Below are positions 16,390 to 25,309 of a stretch of DNA of 39,373 nt, piece by piece. This DNA comes from an uncultured Acidimicrobiaceae bacterium. Its GTDB lineage: Bacteria; Actinomycetota; Acidimicrobiia; Acidimicrobiales; SZUA-35. The position numbers and the translations under genes are program-made. The stretch lies in assembly GCA_964423455.1 (NCBI GenBank), contig CAYRFS010000002.1, positions 1 to 39,373 of the forward strand, given 5' to 3'. How positions within the stretch are numbered: the stretch's first letter is position 1; each line of letters starts with the position of its first letter. The notes below the pieces were generated by a model. It saw nothing but the letters and a program-made list of their open reading frames with translations, did not search any database and had not been told where the DNA came from.

Positions 16390-16702
16390 GGCGAGCTTCC
16401 TTGTCGGGTGGGGCACGGCCCACAGCGGTGGGGCGTCGGTTCGATGCTAACGGGCCGGTGTGACGGTGCCGGCCCGGTATCCGTCGGTGCTGGCGGCACC
16501 ACCAGGATTGATTGCCGGCGCCCGGCTATCCCGGGCTGCCCCCAACGGCGTCACGGTGCACCCTCGTGTGAGCGCAGGAGATTTCCCGCGGGAAAGTCGG
16601 GGACCGACCGGCGAGCAGCCTGAGGGTGGCGACGATTTCTGGCGAAACCATAGAAACCGGGTAGCGACCGGCGCCGGGGTGGCTAACCTTGGTTCGTCCC
16701 TG

Positions 16703-16774
16703 GCCCCCGTAGCTCAGTGGATAGAGCATCGGTTTCCGGAACCGTGTGCGTAGGTTCGATTCCTATCGGGGGTA
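16703..16774 (+). tRNA. tRNA-Arg (anticodon CCG); CCA is not encoded
   Basis: Manual cloverleaf. Acceptor: GCCCCCG/CGGGGGU. D arm: GCUC-AGUGGAUA-GAGC. Anticodon arm: UCGGU-UUCCGGA-ACCGU, with CCG at positions 34-36. Variable loop: 4 nt. T arm: GUAGG-UUCGAUU-CCUAU. Discriminator: A. Confidence 0.88.
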
Positions 16775-17223
16775 CTACCAGATCCGCCGCCTGATCAGGG
16801 CAAACGCCCTGGTGGCAGGACTGGGGCGGATTGACCGCCGTTGCCCGCTGGGGGCCTGGTTTCGCCCTGGTTCGCGGGGCCACCGCGGGGCAGGATGCCA
16901 GAGGGCTCAACTTCGTCGGTCAGGACCCGCGTAGCTGCGATGGCCGCTGGCGGCCCCTTGCCACACAGGTACGCAGATCCCAAATTGCCGCCCGCAGTCA
17001 GCGGAGCTGCGCCAGAATCGACCGGCGTGACCATCGACCAGCCCCAACCTGACCTCCTCGAGCATCTCGTGGTCGAGTTTGGTGATCACGGCCACCGTGC
17101 TGCCGGCTTCCTCGAAGCGGCATACACACTGTTGAGCAGGACAGAGTTCCACGATGTTCCGAGGCTCCCTGAGACGATTGCGTACTGCCTACGCGAGGCC
17201 ATGAAGACGATCCCGGCCTCCGT

Positions 17224-17620
17224 GGCAACCGGCGAGCCGATGGCCTGCTGATCGCCGTCACGGTCGTGGTTGCCAGCACGTCTGACAACGCTGGTGGGAT
17301 CACCGTGGCTGACAAGGCCCGAAAGCGGTCCAGCCGTTTCTCCAAGCTGTGGTGAGATTCCGGGTTCAAGACCCAGTTCATCCGGCACTGCCGGGAGCAT
17401 CACATCGGAGTTGAGGTCGTCAGACGGATCCATGCCCACCAGTTCGTCGTGCTTCCCAAGCGATGGATCGTGGAACGGACGGACCTGGTCATGGATCATG
17501 AACAACCGTCGCCTCCAAGTCGACTACGAACGCGACCCCATCACCACTGAAGGTTTCATATGGGCCGCCCAGACCCGCATCGCCCTCAGGAAACTAGCGG
17601 AAACAACCGCACGAGCCTGA
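17224..17620 (+). mobile_element. Degraded C-terminal remnant of an IS4/IS5-superfamily DDE transposase (one in-frame stop plus one frameshift)
   Basis: Frame 1 reads ...LLIAVTVVVASTSDNAGGITVADKA...SKLW-stop-DSGFKTQFIRHCREHHIGVEVV...HQFVVLPKRWIVERT. The sequence then continues in frame 2 as WSWIMNNRRLQVDYERDPITTEGFIWAAQTRIALRKLA. The RWxVERT...W...RRL..DYE...F...A...I...R.L tail is typical of this transposase class. The N-terminal half is absent. Confidence 0.55.
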
Positions 17621-17793
17621 CCAGCCGAAACTACCGTGACAGCCTCTTATAAGTCTGCCTGGGCCGACCGCCTGCAACGACGGGCGAACCGAGCCGGGTC
17701 GACGACCTCCTAGCCGTGAGCGATCTCGGGCGGCCATTCCTGCAGTTCAGGTGCGCCATCGAGGCAGAGTCGTCGTGCCCGTTATCGAACAGG

Positions 17794-19419
17794 TTAGCCG
17801 TCGACGAACGCAATGATGAACTGCGGGACACCGTCGATAGTCAGCTCGCCCACGACCCTGTTGTCAGCGGTGATCTCGCATTCGCAAGCGACCACAGCCG
17901 CACGACCATCAACCGTGCCTTCGCCCGATCCGCTGAGCTGGCGACTATCGATATCGATCGACCCGGTGATCGTTCCCTCGTGAATGATCACCGAGCCGCA
18001 GGGCTCCTCGCGGTCGATGACGTAGTCGAGGGCGAACTCGTTGGTCTCCGTGACGGTCACGGTGACGGTGTTGCGACCTCTGAACCCGCACGCTTGTCCG
18101 AGTAGACCGAGGCGACCAGTTCGGGTACCCGCTGCTGATCTGGGATCGAGCGGTAGATCTGTCCGCGGGCGGCCGGAGCGGTCGAGTTCGATCACATCGG
18201 TTGTGTCGGGGGTCCAGCTGTAAGCGCTGGATCCATCGGTAACGACGACGTATCTTTGCGTCCAGGTTCCGGCCCAGATGGTGTCGTGGCTATCGGAGGG
18301 CAGGTCGAGGGTCGGTCCGGGGATGTGCCACCAGCGGTCGCTGTCCGGGTCATAGACAGTGGCGTGCTCCCTTCCCGGTTGCCACCAGATGACTTGGTCG
18401 CCGGTCCAGATCGCGATGCCGTCGGTCCAGGCCGGCGCCAGGCTGCTCGCACTCCAGGTACGGGCGGCGGGGTCGTAGATGCCTCCGGGTGCGAGTGGCT
18501 CGGGAAACGGATCGACCTCACCGCCGGTGATGAGCTGTGGCCAAGATGAGGCGACCAGAACCTCACGACCGGTCCAGATCAGCTGCGGTCCCTGCCAGGT
18601 CGCGATCGGCGCGTCTGGAAGCCGAGACCACGTCTGGTCGGTCAGGCTGAGCGAAGCCCCGACGAAAAACGGCTGTTCGTCGGTCGATCCGATCAGGATC
18701 AGGTTCTCACCGTCGATGACGGCCCCCGTCTCGTAGATGCCAGTCGGCAACGGTGGTGGCGGAAGCTCGTCCCATTCTCGCGTGGCGAGGTCGAACGAAA
18801 CTGCCGTGACCGGCACCTCGGCATCAGGGTCCGTTGTCCACGCGATCAGCCCTGTAGAGGTTGCGGCCGCTGATGGGCATTGACCGTCCAGCAGGTCCGG
18901 AACGTCGAAGGGCTCCGCAGTCCCGGCGCTGATATCGACGACGAGGCCGACCACCTTGACAGAGTAGATGGACGCGTTGCCGATCAGAACGGCATCGCCA
19001 TCGAGCGCAACTGCTGTGCCACAGTACGGAATCTCGCCGGCATGCTCGACCGCGTACCAGCCACCGGTCTCGGCATCAACGACCGAAGCCGCACCGTGCC
19101 CCGACGACGTCTGCCCCCAGACAAGGAGTCGATCGTCGAAACTAGCCAACTGTGGCCCAAGCAATGTCTCCGGTGCCTGGTCCAGGGCATCGGCTCGAAC
19201 CTCGTCCGTCACGGTCGCTGAACTCGAGGTCTCGTTGTCTGAGATCGCGGTCGTGTCCGGAACCGTCATGGACATCGCTGTCCGCTCAGGTTCGGAGGAC
19301 CCGCACCCAACCGCGAGCACGGCCCAGAGACCGACCACTCCGAGCAGCCTTCCTCGACCCGATAACACTGCAACAGAATGCCAGACAGAACATGTGCATA
19401 TCCGGCAGGCCCGGGCCAC
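17794..19419 (-). CDS. Lipoprotein with Kelch-like beta-propeller repeats
   Basis: Lipobox LAVGCGSS after a hydrophobic signal. Repeated W-rich blades follow (LLVWGQT, GGWYAVEH, REWDELPPPP, QTWSRLPDAP, RTWSASSLAP, DRWWHIPGP). The exact start is uncertain. Confidence 0.65.
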   Translation of the reverse strand: MARACRICTCSVWHSVAVLSGRGRLLGVVGLWAVLAVGCGSSEPERTAMSMTVPDTTAISDNETSSSATVTDEVRADALDQAPETLLGPQLASFDDRLLVWGQTSSGHGAASVVDAETGGWYAVEHAGEIPYCGTAVALDGDAVLIGNASIYSVKVVGLVVDISAGTAEPFDVPDLLDGQCPSAAATSTGLIAWTTDPDAEVPVTAVSFDLATREWDELPPPPLPTGIYETGAVIDGENLILIGSTDEQPFFVGASLSLTDQTWSRLPDAPIATWQGPQLIWTGREVLVASSWPQLITGGEVDPFPEPLAPGGIYDPAARTWSASSLAPAWTDGIAIWTGDQVIWWQPGREHATVYDPDSDRWWHIPGPTLDLPSDSHDTIWAGTWTQRYVVVTDGSSAYSWTPDTTDVIELDRSGRPRTDLPLDPRSAAGTRTGRLGLLGQACGFRGRNTVTVTVTETNEFALDYVIDREEPCGSVIIHEGTITGSIDIDSRQLSGSGEGTVDGRAAVVACECEITADNRVVGELTIDGVPQFIIAFVDG

Positions 19420-19620
19420 CCGCTCGGTATCGACGGCGGCGCCCGCACGGTATCGGCAGGCGTCGGAGCCGGGCGTGATCCCGAGTGTGAGAGTCGTGCA
19501 GCAGTGGCCCGTCTCCCGCTGGAGGTGAGCGGCGTTGTCGAGCGGGTTGAACTTCGCCGGGACCGCTGAGCGGCGCCGGTACTTCGGCTGCTCAACACCT
19601 TCGGGTCGAGGCGTGCAGAG

Positions 19621-20109
19621 TCAGTGTTTGCGGGTCACGGTCTCGTCGTGGTCGAGTCGCCAAGTTGTGATGTCGAGGTGTCCTTCGTTGATCTGTACTG
19701 CGGCGGCTCCATGGAGATTGGCTCGTAGGAATCGGTCGAATCGCTGGCCACGCAGATCGAGACCGATCAGCTCGAAGAGGTGTGTAGCGAAGCGCTGATG
19801 GAGTGCTTCGTCGTCGATGTGTTCTACGTGGCCCCAGATCTTGGCGTCGCTCTCGGTCACCTTCGGGTCGATCGTTGCGGTGTGCAATGCAAAGCGGGCG
19901 TCGCGTTCGAGATCGGCGAACTTCGTTGTGTTGGGCATACCGACCAGCCAGAGGTCGTGTTCGAACACACGGGGTTCCATGGGGCTGATGCGGGGGAATC
20001 CGTCGGGCCGTAGGGTTGCGAGGAGACACAGGTTGCCGGTGGCTTGGAATCGCCGTTGGAAAACCTCGGCGATGCGTGGCGCTTGTCGAATGAAGGTTTG
20101 CCAGGTCAC
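19621..20109 (-). CDS. Pyridoxamine 5'-phosphate oxidase family (FMN/F420-binding split-barrel) protein
   Basis: 162 aa. LCLLATLRPDGFPRISPMEP...LWLVGMPNTTKFADLERDARFALH matches the PPOX-fold pattern. The ATG overlaps the upstream stop (ATGA at 20106-20109). Confidence 0.65.
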   Translation of the reverse strand: MTWQTFIRQAPRIAEVFQRRFQATGNLCLLATLRPDGFPRISPMEPRVFEHDLWLVGMPNTTKFADLERDARFALHTATIDPKVTESDAKIWGHVEHIDDEALHQRFATHLFELIGLDLRGQRFDRFLRANLHGAAAVQINEGHLDITTWRLDHDETVTRKH

Positions 20110-20567
20110 GGTGTCGTCTCCTTGGTTGGGCCGTCATCTTCGTCGAGTTGCTTGACTGCCCGTGTCGGTGCGACAAGGCGGTAGCTGAGCTCGATCAGCT
20201 CGGCCAGCTCACCCCAGTCGGGGGTGGGTTCGAGTCGGATACCAAGTACCGACGGTGTCCAGCGGGCGCCCCAGGGCGGCGCGAAATACGGGCTGTTCGG
20301 TTGAGCGCGTTCGAGCACGTCGCCACGATCGGCCCGTACCGTCAGCACACATAGCGGGCCGCCGCTCCCCGCGGCGCTGGCATAGGCCGGTGGCCAGCCG
20401 TTGCTGATCATCACGAGATAGGCGAACCCTTTGGCGCCGGCCCTCCACCGCACACCCGTCCATGCTGTCTCCTCAACGACGCTGGGCCACCGGGAGCAGA
20501 TGCTGCGCACCTGGCCCACCACGGCCAGTGGCACCTCGGCTGCCAGGCCGCGGTCGTTTCTGGTCAT
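20106..20567 (-). CDS. MmcQ/YjbR family protein
   Basis: 153 aa. WPSVVEETAWTGVRWRAGAKGFAYLV ... WGELAELIELSYRLVAP follows the YjbR-family pattern. It overlaps both neighbouring genes by 4 nt. Confidence 0.55.
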   Translation of the reverse strand: MTRNDRGLAAEVPLAVVGQVRSICSRWPSVVEETAWTGVRWRAGAKGFAYLVMISNGWPPAYASAAGSGGPLCVLTVRADRGDVLERAQPNSPYFAPPWGARWTPSVLGIRLEPTPDWGELAELIELSYRLVAPTRAVKQLDEDDGPTKETTP

Positions 20568-21070
20568 GGCCGTCCTGTCGCGGTGAGGGATCGCTCATAA
20601 CGCCGCACCGTGATGCTGAGCGGACCTTGCCCGCAGGAGGCGTGGTAGTCGTAGTCCCCGGTGTCGTGCCAGCCTTCGCGCTGGTAGAACCGGCGAGCGC
20701 GGTCGTTACCGGTCGCAACCGCCAGCCACGCCACCGGAAATCCGTTCTCCTGTACGAGCGTCTCGCCGTGCCGCAACAGGTACGACGCCACTCCGGAGCC
20801 TCTAGCGGAACGCTCCACGTAGACCTCTTCGATCTCGTCGGCGGCCACGGTGACGAAACCGACGACACAGTCGCCAAAGCACGCCACCCACGACCGCGCT
20901 AGTCGAGCGGTCACCTCGTCGGCCCAACAGCCGGACAGCCGGGCCTGCTCAAGCTCTGCCGGAACGTGACCGGCATGGCCGTCGCTCCAGCCGAGCCGCC
21001 AGATCGCTGCCATCGCCTCCACGTCGGGCTCACCAGCTCGCCGGATCCGCACTACAGCCGTGTCTCTCAT
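20564..21070 (-). CDS. GNAT family N-acetyltransferase
   Basis: VVGFVTVAADEIEEVYVERSARGSGVASYLLRHGE (acetyl-CoA motif A, R/Q-x-x-G-x-G/A) and NDRARRFYQREGW. Confidence 0.85.
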   Translation of the reverse strand: MRDTAVVRIRRAGEPDVEAMAAIWRLGWSDGHAGHVPAELEQARLSGCWADEVTARLARSWVACFGDCVVGFVTVAADEIEEVYVERSARGSGVASYLLRHGETLVQENGFPVAWLAVATGNDRARRFYQREGWHDTGDYDYHASCGQGPLSITVRRYERSLTATGRP

Positions 21071-21134
21071 GTACCGGCCTCCTCGGCCACGACCCCTGGG
21101 TCACTGTCGTTCACTCATACGGCAGTTACAATGT

Positions 21135-21734
21135 ATGACCATGCGTGACACTGGTCAAGAGTTCTTCACTGGTTACAGCGACGCCGGCATCCACGTCGCC
21201 ATCGGACTCGTGAACGATGTCGCCCTCAGCAAGCCGACCGGCACCGAAGCACTCGACGCGATCGCCCAGATCATCGCCTTCGACCCCCCGACCCACGACC
21301 GACTCCGGCCCCGACACATACCCGGGTTTGTCGCCCTCGCCCACACCGTCCATCAGATCGTCACCTGGATCGACGCCGGAGACCTCGACCCGGCGGCAGC
21401 ACAGCTCAACGAGCTACTGGCCACGCACCCCGCCAATCCCCACCTGTCCAAGGAGAACGGCAGGTGGCAACTCCACCACCACCCCGCCACCGTCGACCTC
21501 GTTCCGATGTACACCTCAATCTGCGCCGAGGTCCTGGCCCGACTCATCGGCACCGGCCACGCCCAACGCCTCGGCCGGTGTGCCGACGCCACCTGCGGAC
21601 GGGCCTACCTCGACCAATCCAAGAACAACAGCCGCCGCTACTGCTCCACAACCTGCCAGAACCGCGCAAAGACCGCAGCCTTCCGCGCCCGCCAACGATC
21701 CACGCACCCAAACCACACTGCATCTCAAGGCTGA
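21135..21734 (+). CDS. CGNR zinc-finger (ABATE-type) putative regulator
   Basis: C-terminal CADATCGRAYLDQSKNNSRRYCSTTCQNRAKTAAFRARQR is the CGNR zinc-finger signature. It is divergent from the GNAT operon. The start is taken at the MTMRDTG ATG. Confidence 0.8.
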   Translation: MTMRDTGQEFFTGYSDAGIHVAIGLVNDVALSKPTGTEALDAIAQIIAFDPPTHDRLRPRHIPGFVALAHTVHQIVTWIDAGDLDPAAAQLNELLATHPANPHLSKENGRWQLHHHPATVDLVPMYTSICAEVLARLIGTGHAQRLGRCADATCGRAYLDQSKNNSRRYCSTTCQNRAKTAAFRARQRSTHPNHTASQG

Positions 21735-22112
21735 CGAGATGAGGCATCCTGAGCCTGGATAATCGGAGTGTCCGAGCCGTCGGAGCGGTCCTGTGGTGGT
21801 ACACGAGCCGCACCGGCCCAGTCGGTGTTTGGGCGGGGGACTCGATCGTGCCACGCCGCTATTGCAGGGTGATTGTTGTTCCGTTAGGAGCATCCGGGGC
21901 ATCCGAGGGTCCGACGAGCCCACTCGCAAAGCGAGTCAGGGCCAACGCGTGCCGCGCGTATGCCGCCCCGATACTCGTGTCCACGACCGTCATCAAACCT
22001 CTCTGCAGCCGCCGACCGCCCCTCCGGCTGACAGCGAGTGAGAAATTCTCCCAAACAGAGCGAGCGCCTCCTGCGAACGAGCTCGATCGCTCGGGCTCCG
22101 GTCGTCGACACG

Positions 22113-23858
22113 TCACGAGCTTGGACGAGCCAGGCGCCGGGGCCCCGCAAGTTGGAGCCCGCGGTCGAGGTAGTGGTCCATGTGGGTCCGGGCGGCGAGC
22201 GCGACCAGGTCTCTGGCCGCTCGTTGGGCCCGGTCCCCGTCGCCGGCCCGGTCGGCGATGGTGGCCTCGGTGTCGTAGATGGCGGCGATGATCGCGACGT
22301 AGCCGTCGGCGTCGCGGGTGGAGCGGCCACGGGCGGCGTCGATCCAGTCGAGCGCGGCGTCGAGGTCCTGCCGACCGGTGTGCGCGATGGCGAGGTTACG
22401 GGCGGTCATGCCCTCCCAGCAGGGATCCGCCAGGTGGCAGCTCGTGGCGAAGTTCTGCTCCAGCTCGTGGAGGTTCACATCGCTGCCTCGCCCGAGGCGG
22501 ATCTCGGCCATGATGCTGAGCGGCCATGGACGGAACGCCAGCCAGCGCAGCTGGTCGACGTGTCGCATGCACTCATCGAGCCAGATCAGGGCGGTGGCGT
22601 CGTCGCCGGTTCGGGCGAGGAGCCAGCCCCCGAGCGCCAGCGCCCATGCTTGGCGTCTCGTATTGCCGGCGGAGCGCGCCAGGTCCAGCGCGTGGTGGTA
22701 CTCCGCCAGCGCGGCGTCCGTCCGACCCCAGTCACCGAGGTTGAACGCGTTCACCGCATGGAGCCCGGCGAGGAGATCGGGATCGTCGTCGGCGAGCTCG
22801 ATCCCCCGGACGAGATGGTCGGCTGCGGTCGGTCGCCGACCGACGAGGGCGTCGACGCAGCCGAGCTCGCGTCGTGCGCCTGCGGCGATACGCCGGTCGC
22901 CGTGAGCTTCCGCCAGTTCTGCGGCGCGCGCCAGCAGGACAGCGCCCTCGTCGTCACGCCCCCGTACCGAGTGCACGAGAGCCGACCCGAGCTCGAACAG
23001 GCATCGGGCGTGGAGGCGTCGGTCCCCAAGCGACTCGCTGCTGCCGGCGGCGCGCCGCAGACAGTCGAGACCGGCATCGGTCGCTCCGGCCGCTAGGGCC
23101 GCCAGGCCCGAGTCGCAGAGCGACACAGCCACAGCGTGCGCAGAGACCCCCAGGGGCGCACCGGCGACAGTGGCCCGGGCTGCGCTGCGCAACGCGCTGG
23201 AATGATCGACGCCGAGCTCAGCTCGCAGTCTCGCCTCGACATCGGCCACGTGGGCGGCGGCCGCCTCCTGGCGCCCGTTCGCGATCAGGCATTTGACCAG
23301 CAGGACGTGGGCGCTCTCGTCGTAGGGACTACGCCGTGCCAGCAGTTCGGCGTCGGCCAGCGCCTGCTCGTTCGCCCCGGTAGCGAGCGCGTCCAGAATC
23401 TCCCGTCGGATCACTTCGTCGATCATCGACGCAACCCGTTGGCGTTGGACGAAGAGCCACGTCTCGAACTCTGCGCTGCATCTCGGCTCCACCGATGCGA
23501 GCAGCTCACCGGCCTCGTTGGAGTCGAACCTTCCCGCCATCAATTCCACGAGATCCACCGTGGTGGCGGCCGGTAGATCGACGGCGATCGGGTCGCCCAG
23601 GAACAGCGTCTTCGACCCGAAGGCCTTGCGGAGCTCGGCCAGGCACCACCTCAGAGCGGCCAGCGGATCTGACGCATCGGCGAACAGCTCGGACGCCAGA
23701 TCCCGACGGAGAACTGGCCGCTCGTCGAGGATCAAGCGGGCCAGCAACGCCCAGGTTTGAAAGCCGCGGACCCGGTGTTCCGTGCCTTCGGCGTCGATCA
23801 ATGCGGGCCGCCCGATAAGCCGGACGATCGACACGGCACCTTCCCCCGCCATCAGCAC
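22113..23858 (-). CDS. SARP/AfsR-family transcriptional regulator (winged helix + BTAD + TPR-like C-terminus)
   Basis: N-terminal VRLIGRPALIDAEGTEHRVRGFQTWALLARLIL...LRWCLAELRK. The BTAD region reads RREILDALATGANEQALADAELLARRSPYDESAHVLLVKCLIANGRQEAAAAHVADVEARLRAELGVDHS. The C-terminus is a long helical repeat. Confidence 0.8.
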   Translation of the reverse strand: MLMAGEGAVSIVRLIGRPALIDAEGTEHRVRGFQTWALLARLILDERPVLRRDLASELFADASDPLAALRWCLAELRKAFGSKTLFLGDPIAVDLPAATTVDLVELMAGRFDSNEAGELLASVEPRCSAEFETWLFVQRQRVASMIDEVIRREILDALATGANEQALADAELLARRSPYDESAHVLLVKCLIANGRQEAAAAHVADVEARLRAELGVDHSSALRSAARATVAGAPLGVSAHAVAVSLCDSGLAALAAGATDAGLDCLRRAAGSSESLGDRRLHARCLFELGSALVHSVRGRDDEGAVLLARAAELAEAHGDRRIAAGARRELGCVDALVGRRPTAADHLVRGIELADDDPDLLAGLHAVNAFNLGDWGRTDAALAEYHHALDLARSAGNTRRQAWALALGGWLLARTGDDATALIWLDECMRHVDQLRWLAFRPWPLSIMAEIRLGRGSDVNLHELEQNFATSCHLADPCWEGMTARNLAIAHTGRQDLDAALDWIDAARGRSTRDADGYVAIIAAIYDTEATIADRAGDGDRAQRAARDLVALAARTHMDHYLDRGLQLAGPRRLARPSS

Positions 23859-23972
23859 AGATCCTAGTCACTCGGCGTTTGCGCAACCGTTTGACAGGAA
23901 CATCGGTGGGCAAACGTTCGGTCCAATGCCCCTGTGTCACCGTGCTCACCTGTCGCCGACGGAGGGGTCGCC

Positions 23973-25247
23973 ATGAACACCGAACGAGTACGAGACCAGG
24001 GACGGTGGCGGCGTTGTCGAGGCTTCGTCTCGCTGTTGCTGGGAAGCTTCCTGGGCGCATCGATCGCGCCGGCGCCGACCGCCGCCGCGGCCCAGCCTGT
24101 CAGCGAATCTGGGTTCGGTGGCGCTGAGGTCGTGCGCTGGAACGAGTTGGCGATGGATGTGCTCACCCCGTCGGGGCGACCGGTCACCACCCAGCACTTC
24201 GTCGTCACGGCCATGCACGTCGCCATGTACGACGCAGTGGTTGCCGTCGAGGGCGGTTTCGAACCCTTCGGCACCGACATCGCAGCCCCCGACGGCGCCT
24301 CGGCGGCCGTGGCGGCGGCCACGGCCGCCCATCGCGTGCTCGTGGGATTCCTTCCGGACAACGCCGGCACCTTCGACGCAGCCCTCGCCGTCACGCTGGC
24401 CGAGTCTCCGGATGGACGAGCCGAGCAGGACGGCTTCGCAGTAGGTGAAGCGGCGGGCTGGGGCACGCTGGCGGCCCGGCTGGGCGACGGGTCCCAGTCC
24501 GGGCCGTCCCCGTCTGTACCCCCGCCGGGAACCGGCGTGTGGCAGCCGACGCCACCGGCCGTCTCCGGTCTCAATCCGTGGATCGCCGAGGCGAAGCCGT
24601 ACACCCTCCACCGCAACGACCAGTTCCGCCCCCGGCCCCCCTCGCTCGACTCCAGACGCTACGTGCGGGACCTGGAGGAAGTGCGCCGGCTCGGCGGGGC
24701 GACCTCGACGGCACGCACGGCCGAGCAGACCGAGATCGCCCGGTTCTGGGCCGATCAGCCGATCGCCCAGAATCAACGCACGCTCCGCCACCACGCCGAG
24801 AAGCTGGGCTGGGATCTCGCCGGGACAGCGCGACTCATGGCCGCCATCCTCACCTCCGAGGCCGACGCCTTCATCGCCTGCTGGGACGCCAAGTTCCACT
24901 ACTGGCTCTGGCGGCCGTGGCAATCGGTACCCGCCCTCGAGCCGGGCTGGGCGCCGTTGCTGGCCACCCCGAACCATCCCGAGTTCCCCTCGGCCCACGG
25001 CTGCCTCACCGGAGCGCTGGCCTACAGCCTCCCCCGGCTCATGGGCACCGACCAGATCGACCTCGAGATCGATGCCACCACCACGAACACGACCCGCCAC
25101 TACGACACAGCCGAGCAGTTGATCACCGAAGTGGGCGACGCCCGGATCTGGGGCGGGCTGCACTACCGCTTCTCCGTCGACGCCGGGGTCAGGATCGCCG
25201 AACGCGTCGTACGCCAGAACCTCGGCCACCACTTCCGCCCCGACTGA
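23973..25247 (+). CDS. Secreted PAP2-superfamily protein (vanadium haloperoxidase / acid phosphatase-like)
   Basis: Signal MNTERVRDQGRWRRCRGFVSLLLGSFLGASIAPAPTAAAA. All three PAP2 motifs are present: KFHYWLWRP, PEFPSAHG, ARIWGGLHYRFSVD. Confidence 0.8.
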   Translation: MNTERVRDQGRWRRCRGFVSLLLGSFLGASIAPAPTAAAAQPVSESGFGGAEVVRWNELAMDVLTPSGRPVTTQHFVVTAMHVAMYDAVVAVEGGFEPFGTDIAAPDGASAAVAAATAAHRVLVGFLPDNAGTFDAALAVTLAESPDGRAEQDGFAVGEAAGWGTLAARLGDGSQSGPSPSVPPPGTGVWQPTPPAVSGLNPWIAEAKPYTLHRNDQFRPRPPSLDSRRYVRDLEEVRRLGGATSTARTAEQTEIARFWADQPIAQNQRTLRHHAEKLGWDLAGTARLMAAILTSEADAFIACWDAKFHYWLWRPWQSVPALEPGWAPLLATPNHPEFPSAHGCLTGALAYSLPRLMGTDQIDLEIDATTTNTTRHYDTAEQLITEVGDARIWGGLHYRFSVDAGVRIAERVVRQNLGHHFRPD

Positions 25248-25309
25248 ACGCCGCCCGACAGACCACCGGCACCCCGCCGTCCACCCCATTCACGAAACGG
25301 AGAACCGCC

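Noticed and set aside
16417-16702. A T-box or other leader riboswitch upstream of argS
   Set aside because: I found no specifier-loop or T-box consensus (AANNNGGGUGGNACCGCG-like) sequence. The region holds only simple hairpins.
16703-16774. The possibility that the tRNA here is tRNA-Sec, serving the nearby UGA recoding event
   Set aside because: The anticodon is CCG, not UCA. The acceptor stem is 7 bp, the variable loop is short, and the length is a normal 72 nt. It is an ordinary tRNA-Arg.
17027-17251. A roughly 75-codon plus-strand ORF (VTIDQPQPDLLEHLVVEFGDHGH...AYCLREAMKTIPAS) between the tRNA and the IS remnant
   Set aside because: The composition is protein-like, but I recognised no family, there is no clear RBS, and the ORF ends where the transposase fossil begins. 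It may be a truncated gene, and it is not supported well enough to list as a CDS.
21859-22116. An 85-aa minus-strand ORF whose segment IGAAYARHALALTRFASGLVGPSDAPDA resembles the start of region 2 of an ECF sigma factor
   Set aside because: The match is about 30 residues and ends at a stop. No region 2.4 or region 4 follows. At most it is another gene fragment, and there is not enough evidence to call a feature.
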